Shown: positions 47,863 through 56,958, numbered from the stretch's first letter. The stretch is DNA of 64,000 bases from Candidatus Moraniibacteriota bacterium (GCA_043743535.1 JAYTWI010000009.1:67407-131406); one strand, 5' to 3'. Program-made: numbers and translations. The notes: generated by a model from the letters alone, not told the origin.

Positions 47863-48423
47863 ATGACCGAACCAAGGAAACCAAAACTTATCATCATCAA
47901 CGGAGCTTTGGGAGTGGGAAAAACCACTCTGGCGGAGCGCTATGCAAGTGGACATCCTTTGACGTTACAGATTGATATTGATGAAGTGCGGAGGCATATT
48001 AGCTTCTGGCGAGAAGAAAAAGAAATATCTGGGACGCTCTCCAAGCAGATTGCTTGCGAAATGGCACGGGCACATCTCTTGTCTTTCCATGATGTGGTGG
48101 TGTCGCAGATATTTACTCAATCAGCGTATTTGGAACAATTGGAAGCTATCGCCCAAGCATGTGGAGCCGAGTTTCATGAATTTCTTTTGTTTCTTCCTCG
48201 TGAAGAAGCGGTAACACGGTTCGTGAAACGAGGCCAAAGAAAGGGCTATCCAGATGGCTTCCGTCCAGGTGGATTAGTAGATCTCGGAGGAAGAGAAAAA
48301 AAGGTACTGCAAATGTACGACGATATGATGGCTATGATTTCGCAAAGACCAGAGACTAAAGTAATAGATTCTCAAGAAGGCGAGATAGTAGCTACCTATA
48401 AGACCTTGATAGAGAATCTCTAG
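47863..48423 (+). CDS. AAA_33-like P-loop kinase
   Basis: LIIINGALGVGKTTLA, IDIDEVRR. Confidence 0.85.
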   Translation: MTEPRKPKLIIINGALGVGKTTLAERYASGHPLTLQIDIDEVRRHISFWREEKEISGTLSKQIACEMARAHLLSFHDVVVSQIFTQSAYLEQLEAIAQACGAEFHEFLLFLPREEAVTRFVKRGQRKGYPDGFRPGGLVDLGGREKKVLQMYDDMMAMISQRPETKVIDSQEGEIVATYKTLIENL

Positions 48424-48531
48424 AGGTTCTTCCTCACCTTGACTTCGAGAACAAATTGTGCCATAAATGAAACACTCGTTCTTCGCGCAACCGCGAAGGT
48501 TTTCAGTTCATTTTTTTTGGAGGAGAATACG

Positions 48532-48813
48532 ATGTCAAAAGCAAGCGGTGTTGGGAGGGGCGCCATTGAGGGTCCACGCGTTGTTACCGGTCGGGAGGGA
48601 CGTCCGATCATTACCGTGACGAAGCGACCGGTAGTTGCCCAAGTTGCCCAGCCGACCCCCGCGGTGAAACCATCACAAAGGCAAAAAAAGTCGACACGAG
48701 CTCAAGCGGAGTTTCAAGGACGGCTTCGTGCACGTAACGCAGAGCTCGACCGGGACGTTGGGGTGAGCGGATTTTACCTCCCACCTGTTGTCTTGCCACC
48801 CAGGCGGCGGTAA
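48532..48813 (+). CDS. Orphan small basic protein (93 aa)
   Basis: GGAGG SD, upstream TTGACT promoter-like element, downstream hairpin and T-run. Confidence 0.55.
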   Translation: MSKASGVGRGAIEGPRVVTGREGRPIITVTKRPVVAQVAQPTPAVKPSQRQKKSTRAQAEFQGRLRARNAELDRDVGVSGFYLPPVVLPPRRR

Positions 48814-48904
48814 CTACAGTATCACAGGGACGCAATGCCGTTCCTTTTTTCTTGCCAGCACTGAAATTTCCTGGTAGGCTAATGTACAGTTTGTGAAGTA
48901 GCAG

Positions 48905-48977
48905 GCCGTTGTAGCTCAGTTGGTAGAGCACGTCCTTGGTAAGGACGAGGTCATCGGTTCAATCCCGATCAACGGCT
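48905..48977 (+). tRNA. tRNA-Thr(GGT)
   Basis: GCCGTTG/CAACGGC acceptor stem; CGTCC-TTGGTAA-GGACG. Confidence 0.97.
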
Positions 48978-49018
48978 CAACTGTGGTATTAGCGCTAATC
49001 ATTAGAAGTGATAAAATT

Positions 49019-49792
49019 ATGAACAAAGAAGTAGCGAATGAAATCGCGGTTGGAGTAATTGTGTTAATTGTAGTAATTGTCGGCGGTGTTTTTTGGATGC
49101 AAAGTGAAAAACAAGTAGCTAATAATGTACAACCGGTTATACAGGTTCCTGTTGTACAAAAAGAAGTACAGCCACAACAACAAACGCAACAGGTGAAGCC
49201 TGTGGATGAAGCTGTAAATTGGCAAGCATACGAAAACGAAAAATTTGGGTTTAAATTCAAATATCCAAATAATTTAGAGACTGAGCAAAATATGAACGTA
49301 GATTATTTTTCTCTTTCGATTGGAAATAAAGTACGACCCACGCCATCATCAGATTATTTTGTTGACTCCACCTTTTTGATGGAAGTTAAAAAAACAAATT
49401 TCAAAGATATAAATAGCTGGTTCTTTCATTTCAAGAAAGACTTTGAAAAGCCTTCCAATTACGAAGGTTACATAATTCACCCGATAGTCAACGACGTTGA
49501 GAATTTTAAAATAGACAATCTAGACGCGAAGAAATATATCCCAAATGAGGGAACATTTCCTTTTTATGACAGGTGCGTTGTGTTTATTAAGAGTGGATTT
49601 GAATATTCTTTTTGCTACAGCGGTGTATTGAATGATGATGAAAAAAATTTAGCAATAATTAAAAAAGACGAGTATGGCGCAAATCAGTATGATGACAACT
49701 TAATTGAATCCATAAAAAATGGCTACAGAGAAAAATTTGATCTGATCATTTCAACTATAAAATTTACGAAAAAAGACGAAACAGCTAATTAG
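49019..49792 (+). CDS. Low-GC membrane-anchored protein with PsbP-like extracellular domain
   Basis: TM IAVGVIVLIVVIVGGVFW; NWQAYENEKFGFKFKYP ... FDLIISTIKF. Confidence 0.7.
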   Translation: MNKEVANEIAVGVIVLIVVIVGGVFWMQSEKQVANNVQPVIQVPVVQKEVQPQQQTQQVKPVDEAVNWQAYENEKFGFKFKYPNNLETEQNMNVDYFSLSIGNKVRPTPSSDYFVDSTFLMEVKKTNFKDINSWFFHFKKDFEKPSNYEGYIIHPIVNDVENFKIDNLDAKKYIPNEGTFPFYDRCVVFIKSGFEYSFCYSGVLNDDEKNLAIIKKDEYGANQYDDNLIESIKNGYREKFDLIISTIKFTKKDETAN

Positions 49793-49881
49793 CAGACATA
49801 TAAAAATACGGGATTTTCTTGTTTGGGGTGACAGCGAATGGCCCGGGGGCGGAAGCCCTGAGAGAGCGGAGCGAGTTAAAT

Positions 49882-49897
49882 TCCCGATCAACGGCTC
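49882..49897 (+). repeat. 16-bp duplicate of the tRNA-Thr(GGT) 3' end (attR-like)
   Basis: TCCCGATCAACGGCTC identical to 48963-48978. Confidence 0.9.
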
Positions 49898-49983
49898 CAG
49901 TAAGTCGCCTGAGAGAGGTTGCGTATTGACGAAAAAGTCGTTTTCCCGTACAGTGGAAAGGCTTTATATTACTGACATTTCCT

Positions 49984-50145
49984 ATGGGCAAGATCAAGGA
50001 CAACATGGCGAAGCTGAAGTGTAGCCTGTGTGGGCGCATCACCCATTACACCAAGCGTAATAAGAAGAAGGTGAAAGAAAAACTCTCCCTCTCCAAATAT
50101 TGCCGCTTCTGCAAGAAGAACGCCACCCACACCGAGAGCAAATAG
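49984..50145 (+). CDS. rpmG: 50S ribosomal protein L33 (Zn-binding type), absent from the ORF track
   Basis: MGKIKDNMAKLKCSLCGRITHYTKRNKK...LSLSKYCRFCKKNATHTESK; promoter TTGACG-17-TACAGT at 49926. Confidence 0.95.
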   Translation: MGKIKDNMAKLKCSLCGRITHYTKRNKKKVKEKLSLSKYCRFCKKNATHTESK

Positions 50146-50185
50146 TTCTCGGTTTTTGGTAGGGCGTGTTACAATATTTCTACCA

Positions 50186-50256
50186 GGGGGCGTCGTATAA
50201 TGGTAGTACAACGGTCTCCAAAACCGTTTGCGTAGGTTCGATTCCTACCGCCCCTG
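50186..50256 (+). tRNA. tRNA-Trp(CCA)
   Basis: ACGGT-CTCCAAA-ACCGT; GTTCGATTC. Confidence 0.96.
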
Positions 50257-50303
50257 CTTAAAGTTCATTTGACGTTGGTCATTTGGATTTTGATATTTTT
50301 TCT

Positions 50304-50375
50304 GGCCCCATCGTCTATCGGCTAGGACATCAGGTTCTCATCCTGAAAAGAGGGGTCCGACTCCCCTTGGGGCTA
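50304..50375 (+). tRNA. tRNA-Glu(CTC)
   Basis: TCAGG-TTCTCAT-CCTGA; T-loop reads TCCGACT rather than TTCGA. Confidence 0.92.
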
Positions 50376-50443
50376 CACCAAAGAAATCTCCACTGCATGG
50401 TGGGGATTTTATGCTAAAATAGAGTAAATGATAACGCTTTTTT

Positions 50444-51157
50444 ATGCCCGCTCTTGTTTTTGATATTGAAACGGTTGGGGAGGATTTCGACCGACTGGAT
50501 GAGACCAGTCAGGATGTTTTGACGCGGTGGATTCGGAAAGAATCAGGAAGCGGCGAAGATTATACAGCCGCGCTCGCTGACCTGAAAAATGGGATGGGTT
50601 TTTCGCCGTTGACTGGGCAGATCGTAGCTATCGGGATTTACGACGCGGAGCGCAAGAAGGGCGCTGTCTACTTCCAGCCTTCTCCCAAAGGGAAAGAACA
50701 ATCGTTCGAGGAAGCGGAGTGCAAATTCGAAGTGTTGGGGGAAAAAGAAATGCTAGAACGTTTTTGGGAAGTGGTAGAGAAGTATGACACCTTCGTCACC
50801 TTCAATGGGCGAACCTTCGATGTGCCGTTTTTGATGGTGCGTTCGGCTATCCATGGTATTCGGCCGACCAAGAACCTTTTGGCTAATCGTTACCTCAATT
50901 ATCATCCTGCCAATGCCCGCCATATCGATTTGTTGGATCAGTTGACGTTCTATGGAGCCTTGCGCAAGAAGGGGAGCTTGCATTTGTGGTGTCGGGCTTT
51001 TGGTATTGAAAGCCCCAAGGCTCAGGGGGTTGACGGTGATGATGTCAAGGCGCTCTATGAGAATGGCAAGAGCGCTGATATTGCCCGCTACAACGCTCGT
51101 GATTTGCGAGCCACGGCAGAACTCTATGAGCGCTACAAAAACTTTTTACAGTTTTAG
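50444..51157 (+). CDS. DEDD 3'-5' exonuclease (PolB-exo/RNase H-like)
   Basis: VFDIET, TFNGRTFDVPFL, HIDL, YNARD. Confidence 0.9.
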   Translation: MPALVFDIETVGEDFDRLDETSQDVLTRWIRKESGSGEDYTAALADLKNGMGFSPLTGQIVAIGIYDAERKKGAVYFQPSPKGKEQSFEEAECKFEVLGEKEMLERFWEVVEKYDTFVTFNGRTFDVPFLMVRSAIHGIRPTKNLLANRYLNYHPANARHIDLLDQLTFYGALRKKGSLHLWCRAFGIESPKAQGVDGDDVKALYENGKSADIARYNARDLRATAELYERYKNFLQF

Positions 51158-51231
51158 AATTTTCTCGCGTGTATCTTGTCGCAGTTCTCTTTTCTTGCTA
51201 CACTCGCCAGTATGTTTCTTCCCGGCAGTTA

Positions 51232-51313
51232 ATTACCAAACGAAGTGAGTGAAATGAAAGTAAACTTTCGTTTCTGAGCGAGTGCTGGTAAAATCAGGTA
51301 AATACCTGTTATT
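51232..51313 (-). repeat. Dispersed ~82-bp palindromic repeat, copy B (inverted)
   Basis: Reverse complement aligns with 43277-43358. Confidence 0.9.
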
Positions 51314-51320
51314 TCAGACT

Positions 51321-52397
51321 ATGCATATCGAAGAAGAGTTGAAGAACTATAAAGCGCGTCTCGATCCCAAGATAGACGCGTATTTTAATGATGTCATCAA
51401 AGATATCACCAGAGAAGATGTTTTGGTGGGCGAAGCCCTGGAACATGCCCGGGCTATTGTTATGGCGGGCGGCAAGCGGTTGCGTTCGGCCTTTATGTAC
51501 TATGGTTACCTGGGAGCAGGAGGGGTGGAGGAGGAAAAAATCCTTGATGCCTCGGTCAGCATTGAACTTTTGCATGCCTTTTTATTGGTCCACGATGATA
51601 TCATCGATCGTGACGATCTGCGGCACGGTGTGCCGACGCTTCACGTGCGCTATGCGGATGTCGGCCGGCGCTATTTTTCGGAAAAGGATGTAGCACATTT
51701 CGGCAATTCCATCGCCCTCATTATGGGAGATATGCTTCATGCTTTTGGTAATGATATTTTATTCCGTTCTGACTTTCCCAAGGAGCGTATTTTTCAAGCT
51801 CTCTCCTGTGTCGAGCGTATTGTTTCGATGACGGTCATTGGTCAGGCCCGTGACATCTATATGGAGTATATGTGTGAAGCAAGCGAAGAAGAGATCCTCA
51901 CTATGTACAAGAACAAGACGGCCAAATATACTGTAGAGGGGCCGCTTCATCTGGGGGCTATTTTGGCAGGGGCTTCTGACGAACTTTTGGCTGGGCTTTC
52001 GGCCTACGCTATTCCTTTGGGGATTGCTTTCCAGATCCAAGATGATATTCTCGGGATTTTTGGTTCAGCCAGTCGTATTGGTAAACCAGTGGGCTCGGAT
52101 ATACAGGAAGGGAAAATTACGTTGTTGGTTTCGCTCGCTCTCAAGCACGGCAGTCGGGCAGAACAGAAACAATTGAAAAGAATTCTTGCTTTAGGAACAC
52201 AAATTAGTGATACGGATATTGAAACATTTCGGACGATTGTCAACTGTACTGGAGCGCTCACGGCAGCCAAAGAACGGGCCGAAATCTATATTAAAGAAGG
52301 GACACTGGCTCTGGAAAAGACCCAACCTCTCCTAACTGCGCGAGCCTATAATTTCCTTTCGTCAGTAGCAGTTTATATGACTCAGAGAGAATTCTAA
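51321..52397 (+). CDS. Trans-polyprenyl diphosphate synthase (GGPP/FPP synthase)
   Basis: GGKRLR, HDDIIDRDDLRHG, KTAKY, FQIQDD, GSDIQEGK. Confidence 0.93.
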   Translation: MHIEEELKNYKARLDPKIDAYFNDVIKDITREDVLVGEALEHARAIVMAGGKRLRSAFMYYGYLGAGGVEEEKILDASVSIELLHAFLLVHDDIIDRDDLRHGVPTLHVRYADVGRRYFSEKDVAHFGNSIALIMGDMLHAFGNDILFRSDFPKERIFQALSCVERIVSMTVIGQARDIYMEYMCEASEEEILTMYKNKTAKYTVEGPLHLGAILAGASDELLAGLSAYAIPLGIAFQIQDDILGIFGSASRIGKPVGSDIQEGKITLLVSLALKHGSRAEQKQLKRILALGTQISDTDIETFRTIVNCTGALTAAKERAEIYIKEGTLALEKTQPLLTARAYNFLSSVAVYMTQREF

Positions 52398-52404
52398 AAA
52401 TTCT

Positions 52405-53130
52405 ATGACGGAAATAATAACGAAAATAGATACGGTGCTACCACAGCACGTGGTGATTATTCCCGACGGCAATCGCCGCTGGGCTGTCGCGCGCGGCCTC
52501 GCGCCTTGGCGGGGACACGAAGCCGGCGCGGAGGTCACTGAAGCGCTCGTCAGAGAGGCTCGGCGTTTGGGTATTCGCGAACTTTCTATTTGGGGTTCGT
52601 CGATGGAGAATCTCACTAAACGACCAGTGCTTGAGAGTAAAGCCCTACTTCGCATTTACGAAACCTATTTTCAGAAACTTTTGGAAAGCGAAGATATCCA
52701 CAAAGACCAAGCCAGGATTCGTTTCATCGGTCACTGGGAAGAGCAATTTCCAGCTTCGCTCAAGAAGATCCTCTATCAGTGTATCGAGGCCACCAAGGAC
52801 TATGATCAATACCATTTGAACTTTTTTTTGGCTTACAGTGGGGATGATGAAATGCGGTTGGCTATCGAGCGTATAGCAAATGAATTGCCGGCCGGTACCA
52901 AGGTAACCAATGAGCTCATCAAGGAACGATTGATGACCAAAGAGTTGCCACCAGTCGATCTCTTGATTCGGACCGGAGGGGAACCGCATCTCTCGGCTGG
53001 TTTTATGATGTGGGATATCGCCAATACCCAGCTCTATTTTTCGGAGAAATTATACCCAGATTTCGACGCTGCGAGCCTCGATTCTGCCATCGAGGACTAC
53101 AGTGCTCGCGGTCGGCGCTTCGGGAAATAA
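52405..53130 (+). CDS. uppS: Undecaprenyl diphosphate synthase
   Basis: HVVIIPDGNRRWA, SMENL.KR, DLLIRTGGE, RRFGK. Confidence 0.95.
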   Translation: MTEIITKIDTVLPQHVVIIPDGNRRWAVARGLAPWRGHEAGAEVTEALVREARRLGIRELSIWGSSMENLTKRPVLESKALLRIYETYFQKLLESEDIHKDQARIRFIGHWEEQFPASLKKILYQCIEATKDYDQYHLNFFLAYSGDDEMRLAIERIANELPAGTKVTNELIKERLMTKELPPVDLLIRTGGEPHLSAGFMMWDIANTQLYFSEKLYPDFDAASLDSAIEDYSARGRRFGK

Positions 53131-53138
53131 AGCCGGGA

Positions 53139-53166
53139 TTGACAGATTTTTACTATCTGCTACAAT
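53139..53166 (+). promoter_or_regulatory. Promoter of the infA-alpha operon
   Basis: TTGACA-16 bp-TACAAT with extended -10 TG. Confidence 0.7.
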
Positions 53167-53338
53167 AGGACTACATTTTGAAAAACTGCATAGACTCAGG
53201 AAAAAAGAGAGGGTAATCAAGAGATACATATTCAGGAACGAGGATTGATTGCTTACCATAGAAACTTCTCTGTTTTTGTGTTCTCTATAGAGAGCACAAA
53301 GTTTTTCTGCGTACTATCGCTTGTCGCAAATGCACACT

Positions 53339-53560
53339 ATGGCCAATAACAAGGAATTGATCCGCATGGAAGGCGAAGTCTTGGAAACTTTACCAAGTAC
53401 TACCTTCCGCGTTCGTCTTGATAACGGCCACGAGGTACTCGCTCATATTTCTGGTCGGATGCGTGTCCATTACATTCGTCTGTTGCCAGGGGATCGGGTG
53501 ACGCTTGAGATGAGTCCTTATGACTTGTCCAAAGGGCGGATCGTTTTGCGTAACAAATAG
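53339..53560 (+). CDS. infA: Translation initiation factor IF-1
   Basis: [27 protein letters not shown]. Confidence 0.98.
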   Translation: MANNKELIRMEGEVLETLPSTTFRVRLDNGHEVLAHISGRMRVHYIRLLPGDRVTLEMSPYDLSKGRIVLRNK

Positions 53561-53568
53561 CCTACACT

Positions 53569-53682
53569 ATGAAAGTTCGAGCCTCAGTGAAAAAAATTTG
53601 TGTGCACTGCAAGATTGTTAAACGTAAGGGCGTCCTCTTTGTTATTTGCACTACGCCGAAACATAAGCAACGTCAGGGATAA
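53569..53682 (+). CDS. rpmJ: 50S ribosomal protein L36, absent from the ORF track
   Basis: [37 protein letters not shown]. Confidence 0.98.
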   Translation: MKVRASVKKICVHCKIVKRKGVLFVICTTPKHKQRQG

Positions 53683-53697
53683 TTTTAGAAACGAACT

Positions 53698-54087
53698 ATG
53701 GTACGTATCGCCGGAATCAACATTCCAGACAATAAAAGAATCGAAATAGCTCTGACCTATGTTTTTGGTATTGGTTTGTCGACCAGTCAGAAAATTTTAA
53801 AAGAACTGGCCATCAGCCTAGATACTCGTACCAAGGATTTGACCGCTGAAGACGCAAACAAGTTGCGCGACATGATTGAAAAGAAGTACCGAGTGGAAGG
53901 TGAGCTGCGCCATGTCATCAAAAGTAACATCAAGCGCTTGAAAGAAATCGGTTGCTATCGTGGTACACGGCACCAAAAAGGTTTGCCGGTGCGCGGTCAG
54001 AGAACCAAGACTAATACGCGGACCGTCCGTGGTAACGTAAGAAAGACGATGGGTAGCGGTCGCAAGAAGTCTGATGCCAAGACCTAA
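53698..54087 (+). CDS. rpsM: 30S ribosomal protein S13
   Basis: [29 protein letters not shown]. Confidence 0.98.
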   Translation: MVRIAGINIPDNKRIEIALTYVFGIGLSTSQKILKELAISLDTRTKDLTAEDANKLRDMIEKKYRVEGELRHVIKSNIKRLKEIGCYRGTRHQKGLPVRGQRTKTNTRTVRGNVRKTMGSGRKKSDAKT

Positions 54088-54129
54088 AGTCAAAACGCGA
54101 AGCCAGCCTTAAGCCAGTCCAAATGAACT

Positions 54130-54588
54130 ATGGAAGAATTGATTACCGAAACAATTGAAAAAACCGAAAAGACAGCGGTTGAAGCCGGAGCGGAAGCCGG
54201 AGCGGAAACAGCTGCCAAGAAAAAGAAGAAAATCAAGCGTCAGATCCTTAAGGGTCGCGCCAGTATTCAGTGCACCTACAACAATACTATCGTCTCGATT
54301 GCTGACTTGAGCGGTGCCATCCTAGGCTGGTCAAGCTCTGGGCACCTTTCTTTCAAAGGAGCTAAGAAGTCGACTCCCTACGCGGCCACCCAGGTAGTAG
54401 CTGATGTAACGGAGAAAGTGAAGAAGTATGGAATGCAGGAGCTTGAAGTATTCGTCAAGGGCGTCGGCTCTGGTCGTGAAGCTTCTATCCGGGCGCTGTC
54501 CAATAATGGTTTCAATCTGGTGACGATCAAAGATATTACCCCGATTCCGCATAACGGTTGTCGTCCTCGTCGTCCTCGTCGTATCTAA
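54130..54588 (+). CDS. rpsK: 30S ribosomal protein S11
   Basis: TYNNTIV, KSTPYAA, DITPIPHNGCRP. Confidence 0.98.
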   Translation: MEELITETIEKTEKTAVEAGAEAGAETAAKKKKKIKRQILKGRASIQCTYNNTIVSIADLSGAILGWSSSGHLSFKGAKKSTPYAATQVVADVTEKVKKYGMQELEVFVKGVGSGREASIRALSNNGFNLVTIKDITPIPHNGCRPRRPRRI

Positions 54589-54607
54589 CCTACATTGAAG
54601 TGAAATT

Positions 54608-55240
54608 ATGGCAAACAATGTCGATTCCAAGTGTAAACTCTGCCGTCGGGCGGGCGAGAAACTCTTTTTAAAGGGTGATCGTTGTCTGTCTCCGAAGTGT
54701 GCTATGGTGCGTCGTCCATACGCCCCTGGTATTCATGGCCACAATCCCAGTCGGGGTGGCAGTGAATTTGGCAAGCAGTTGGCGATGAAGCAGAAGATTA
54801 AGCGTTTGTATGGCGTAATGGAACGTCAGTTCCGTCACCACTTCGACGAAGTGCGTAATGTCCCTGGGATTACCGGTGATCAGTTGCTCTCACGATTGGA
54901 ACGGCGGCTCGACAACGTTGTCTACCGTCTGGGGTTTGCCGCTTCGCGCGCTCTGGCCGCCCAGCTGGTCAGTCACAAGATGTTTGAAGTCAACGGCAAG
55001 CGCATGAATATTCCTTCCGTAGAAATGAAGCCCGGGGATGTGATTGCTCTCAAGGCTAACAAGAAAGACAAAACCTATTTCAAGAATCTTCTCGAAACGA
55101 TACAAAACAAAAAGGACGTTCCTCACTGGCTCAATCTGGATGTAACGAAAATGGAGGGAAAAGTCCTTGCCATGCCGGCACGCGGGGATGTAGGAGTTCG
55201 CGTCGATGCTCAAATGGTAGTGGAATATTATTCGAAATAA
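54608..55240 (+). CDS. rpsD: 30S ribosomal protein S4
   Basis: CKLCRR.GEKLFLKG.RC, LERRLDNVVYRLG, VVEYYSK. Confidence 0.98.
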   Translation: MANNVDSKCKLCRRAGEKLFLKGDRCLSPKCAMVRRPYAPGIHGHNPSRGGSEFGKQLAMKQKIKRLYGVMERQFRHHFDEVRNVPGITGDQLLSRLERRLDNVVYRLGFAASRALAAQLVSHKMFEVNGKRMNIPSVEMKPGDVIALKANKKDKTYFKNLLETIQNKKDVPHWLNLDVTKMEGKVLAMPARGDVGVRVDAQMVVEYYSK

Positions 55241-55320
55241 TCTATTTAATACTGTATAACGTTTCCGGTGGGCGGTCTTAGAGCACAAGGTCCGACAGTT
55301 CATCCGAAGCCAATAATAGT

Positions 55321-56139
55321 ATGCAGACTATAACGTCACCGCAGCAGCCAAAGTACACTTCGCTCGGGGAAAACCACGGGAAGTTTGAAATTCTCGGTTG
55401 TCATCCTGGCTACGGGACTACCTTGGGCAACGCTTTGCGCCGGGTTATCTTATCATCACTCGACGGCGCCGCCGCTCACTCAGTCAAGATTACGGGCGTT
55501 TCTCACGAGTTCTCTACCATCGATGGGGTGATGGAGGATGTGGTGCAAATTATCCTGAACTTGAAGCAGGTGCGTTTTCGTTTGCACGGCGATGAGCCAG
55601 TCAAGATCTCTCTCAAAAGCAAGGGCGAGGGCGTGGTGACAGCCGCCGCTTTCAAGACGACCTCCAATATCGAAGTGGTCAATCCTAACCAAGTCATCTT
55701 CACTATTTCGGAAAAGAAAACGGAAGTGGAAATGGAAATTGAAGTCGACAAGGGTTTGGGCTATGTGCCAGTAGAACATCGTGAGAAGAGCGATGATCGC
55801 GAGATTGGCGTGATTGCTATCGATGCCATCTATACTCCGGTCAAGCGCGTGAATTACGAGGTAGAAAACATGCGTGTCGGCAAACGCACAGATTATGACA
55901 AAATTACTCTTGAGATTGTGACGGATGGTACTGTTTCTCCAATAGCGGCTTTCGAGAAGAGTGTGGCTATCTTGGTTGGCCAATTCTCTGCTCTCGGGGC
56001 GATGGAGAGTGACGCCGTCCTAGCAACGGAAGTTGAAGTGACCGAAGCGGCAACTGTAGAGGCACCGGTGGAAGCAGTGAAAGAAAAAAAGAAAGTTGTC
56101 CGCAAGAAAAAGACAGACGCTCAGGTAGAGACGGAATAA
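55321..56139 (+). CDS. rpoA: RNA polymerase alpha subunit lacking the alpha-CTD
   Basis: GYGTTLGNALRR, HEFSTIDGV.ED, IDAIYTPV, RVGKRTDYD; then a low-complexity tail. Confidence 0.96.
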   Translation: MQTITSPQQPKYTSLGENHGKFEILGCHPGYGTTLGNALRRVILSSLDGAAAHSVKITGVSHEFSTIDGVMEDVVQIILNLKQVRFRLHGDEPVKISLKSKGEGVVTAAAFKTTSNIEVVNPNQVIFTISEKKTEVEMEIEVDKGLGYVPVEHREKSDDREIGVIAIDAIYTPVKRVNYEVENMRVGKRTDYDKITLEIVTDGTVSPIAAFEKSVAILVGQFSALGAMESDAVLATEVEVTEAATVEAPVEAVKEKKKVVRKKKTDAQVETE

Positions 56140-56166
56140 ACAGACTACTTCTCAGCAAGAAATCCT

Positions 56167-56532
56167 ATGAAGCACAGACACTCCGGCCGCGTACTCGGTC
56201 GAGTCCGCAATCAGCGTAATGCCCTCATCAAGACTCTCTTGGGGAGTTTGGTAATGTATGAACACATCACCACCACAGAGGCCAAGGCCAAGGAAGTGAA
56301 GAACTTTATTGACCAGGTGATCAACAAGTCCAAAGTGGCGCGGGCTGATACCAAACGCCGAGTGGCGATGATTCGTCATTTGCAGCGCCAAGTTCCAGCC
56401 ATGGCCACCAAGAAATTGCTCAGTGATTTCGGAACCCGCTTCGAAGGCCGCACCTGTGGCTATGTCCGGGTCATTAAGCTCGAGCCTAGGAAGAGTGATG
56501 GCGCTCATATGGCTATTATCGAATTTGTCTAA
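56167..56532 (+). CDS. rplQ: 50S ribosomal protein L17
   Basis: MKHR...LGR, ITTTEAKAKE, GYVRVIK, R.SDGA.MAIIE. Confidence 0.97.
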   Translation: MKHRHSGRVLGRVRNQRNALIKTLLGSLVMYEHITTTEAKAKEVKNFIDQVINKSKVARADTKRRVAMIRHLQRQVPAMATKKLLSDFGTRFEGRTCGYVRVIKLEPRKSDGAHMAIIEFV

Positions 56533-56542
56533 AGTTACCCTT

Positions 56543-56956
56543 ATGGCGAAAGTGAAACACATGATTGATCGCAAGTACCATCTCTTTGATGCCAAGGGGA
56601 AAATTTTGGGTCGTTTGGCGACCGAAATTTCGGCGCTTCTGACTGGCAAGAGCAAGGTGACCTACGCCCCGCATATCGATGGAGGGGACTTTGTAGTGGT
56701 CATCAATACTGATTTGGTAGCGGTGACTGGCAACAAAGCTGACGATAAGATGTACCACCGTTTCAGCGGCTATCCCGGCGGCATTACCTCGATCGCTTTC
56801 AAAGACCAGCAGAAGAAAGACTCACGCAAACTCGTCTATCAGGCACTGTATGGAATGTTGCCCAAGAACAAACTGCGTGGTCGGATGCTGACTCGTCTGC
56901 ATCTTTACAAAGACGCCAATCATACTGAGAAAATCATTCACGTAACCCACGACTAG
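56543..56956 (+). CDS. rplM: 50S ribosomal protein L13
   Basis: DAKGKILGRLA, PHIDGGDFVVVIN, SGYPGG, GMLPKNKL; start reassigned. Confidence 0.97.
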   Translation: MAKVKHMIDRKYHLFDAKGKILGRLATEISALLTGKSKVTYAPHIDGGDFVVVINTDLVAVTGNKADDKMYHRFSGYPGGITSIAFKDQQKKDSRKLVYQALYGMLPKNKLRGRMLTRLHLYKDANHTEKIIHVTHD

Positions 56957-56958
56957 CT

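Noticed and set aside
48920-49018. N-terminal extension of the 290-aa ORF
   Set aside because: Reads through tRNA-Thr; the likely start is 49019
56423-56542. Extended N-terminus of L13
   Set aside because: Overlaps rplQ in another frame; the likely start is 56543
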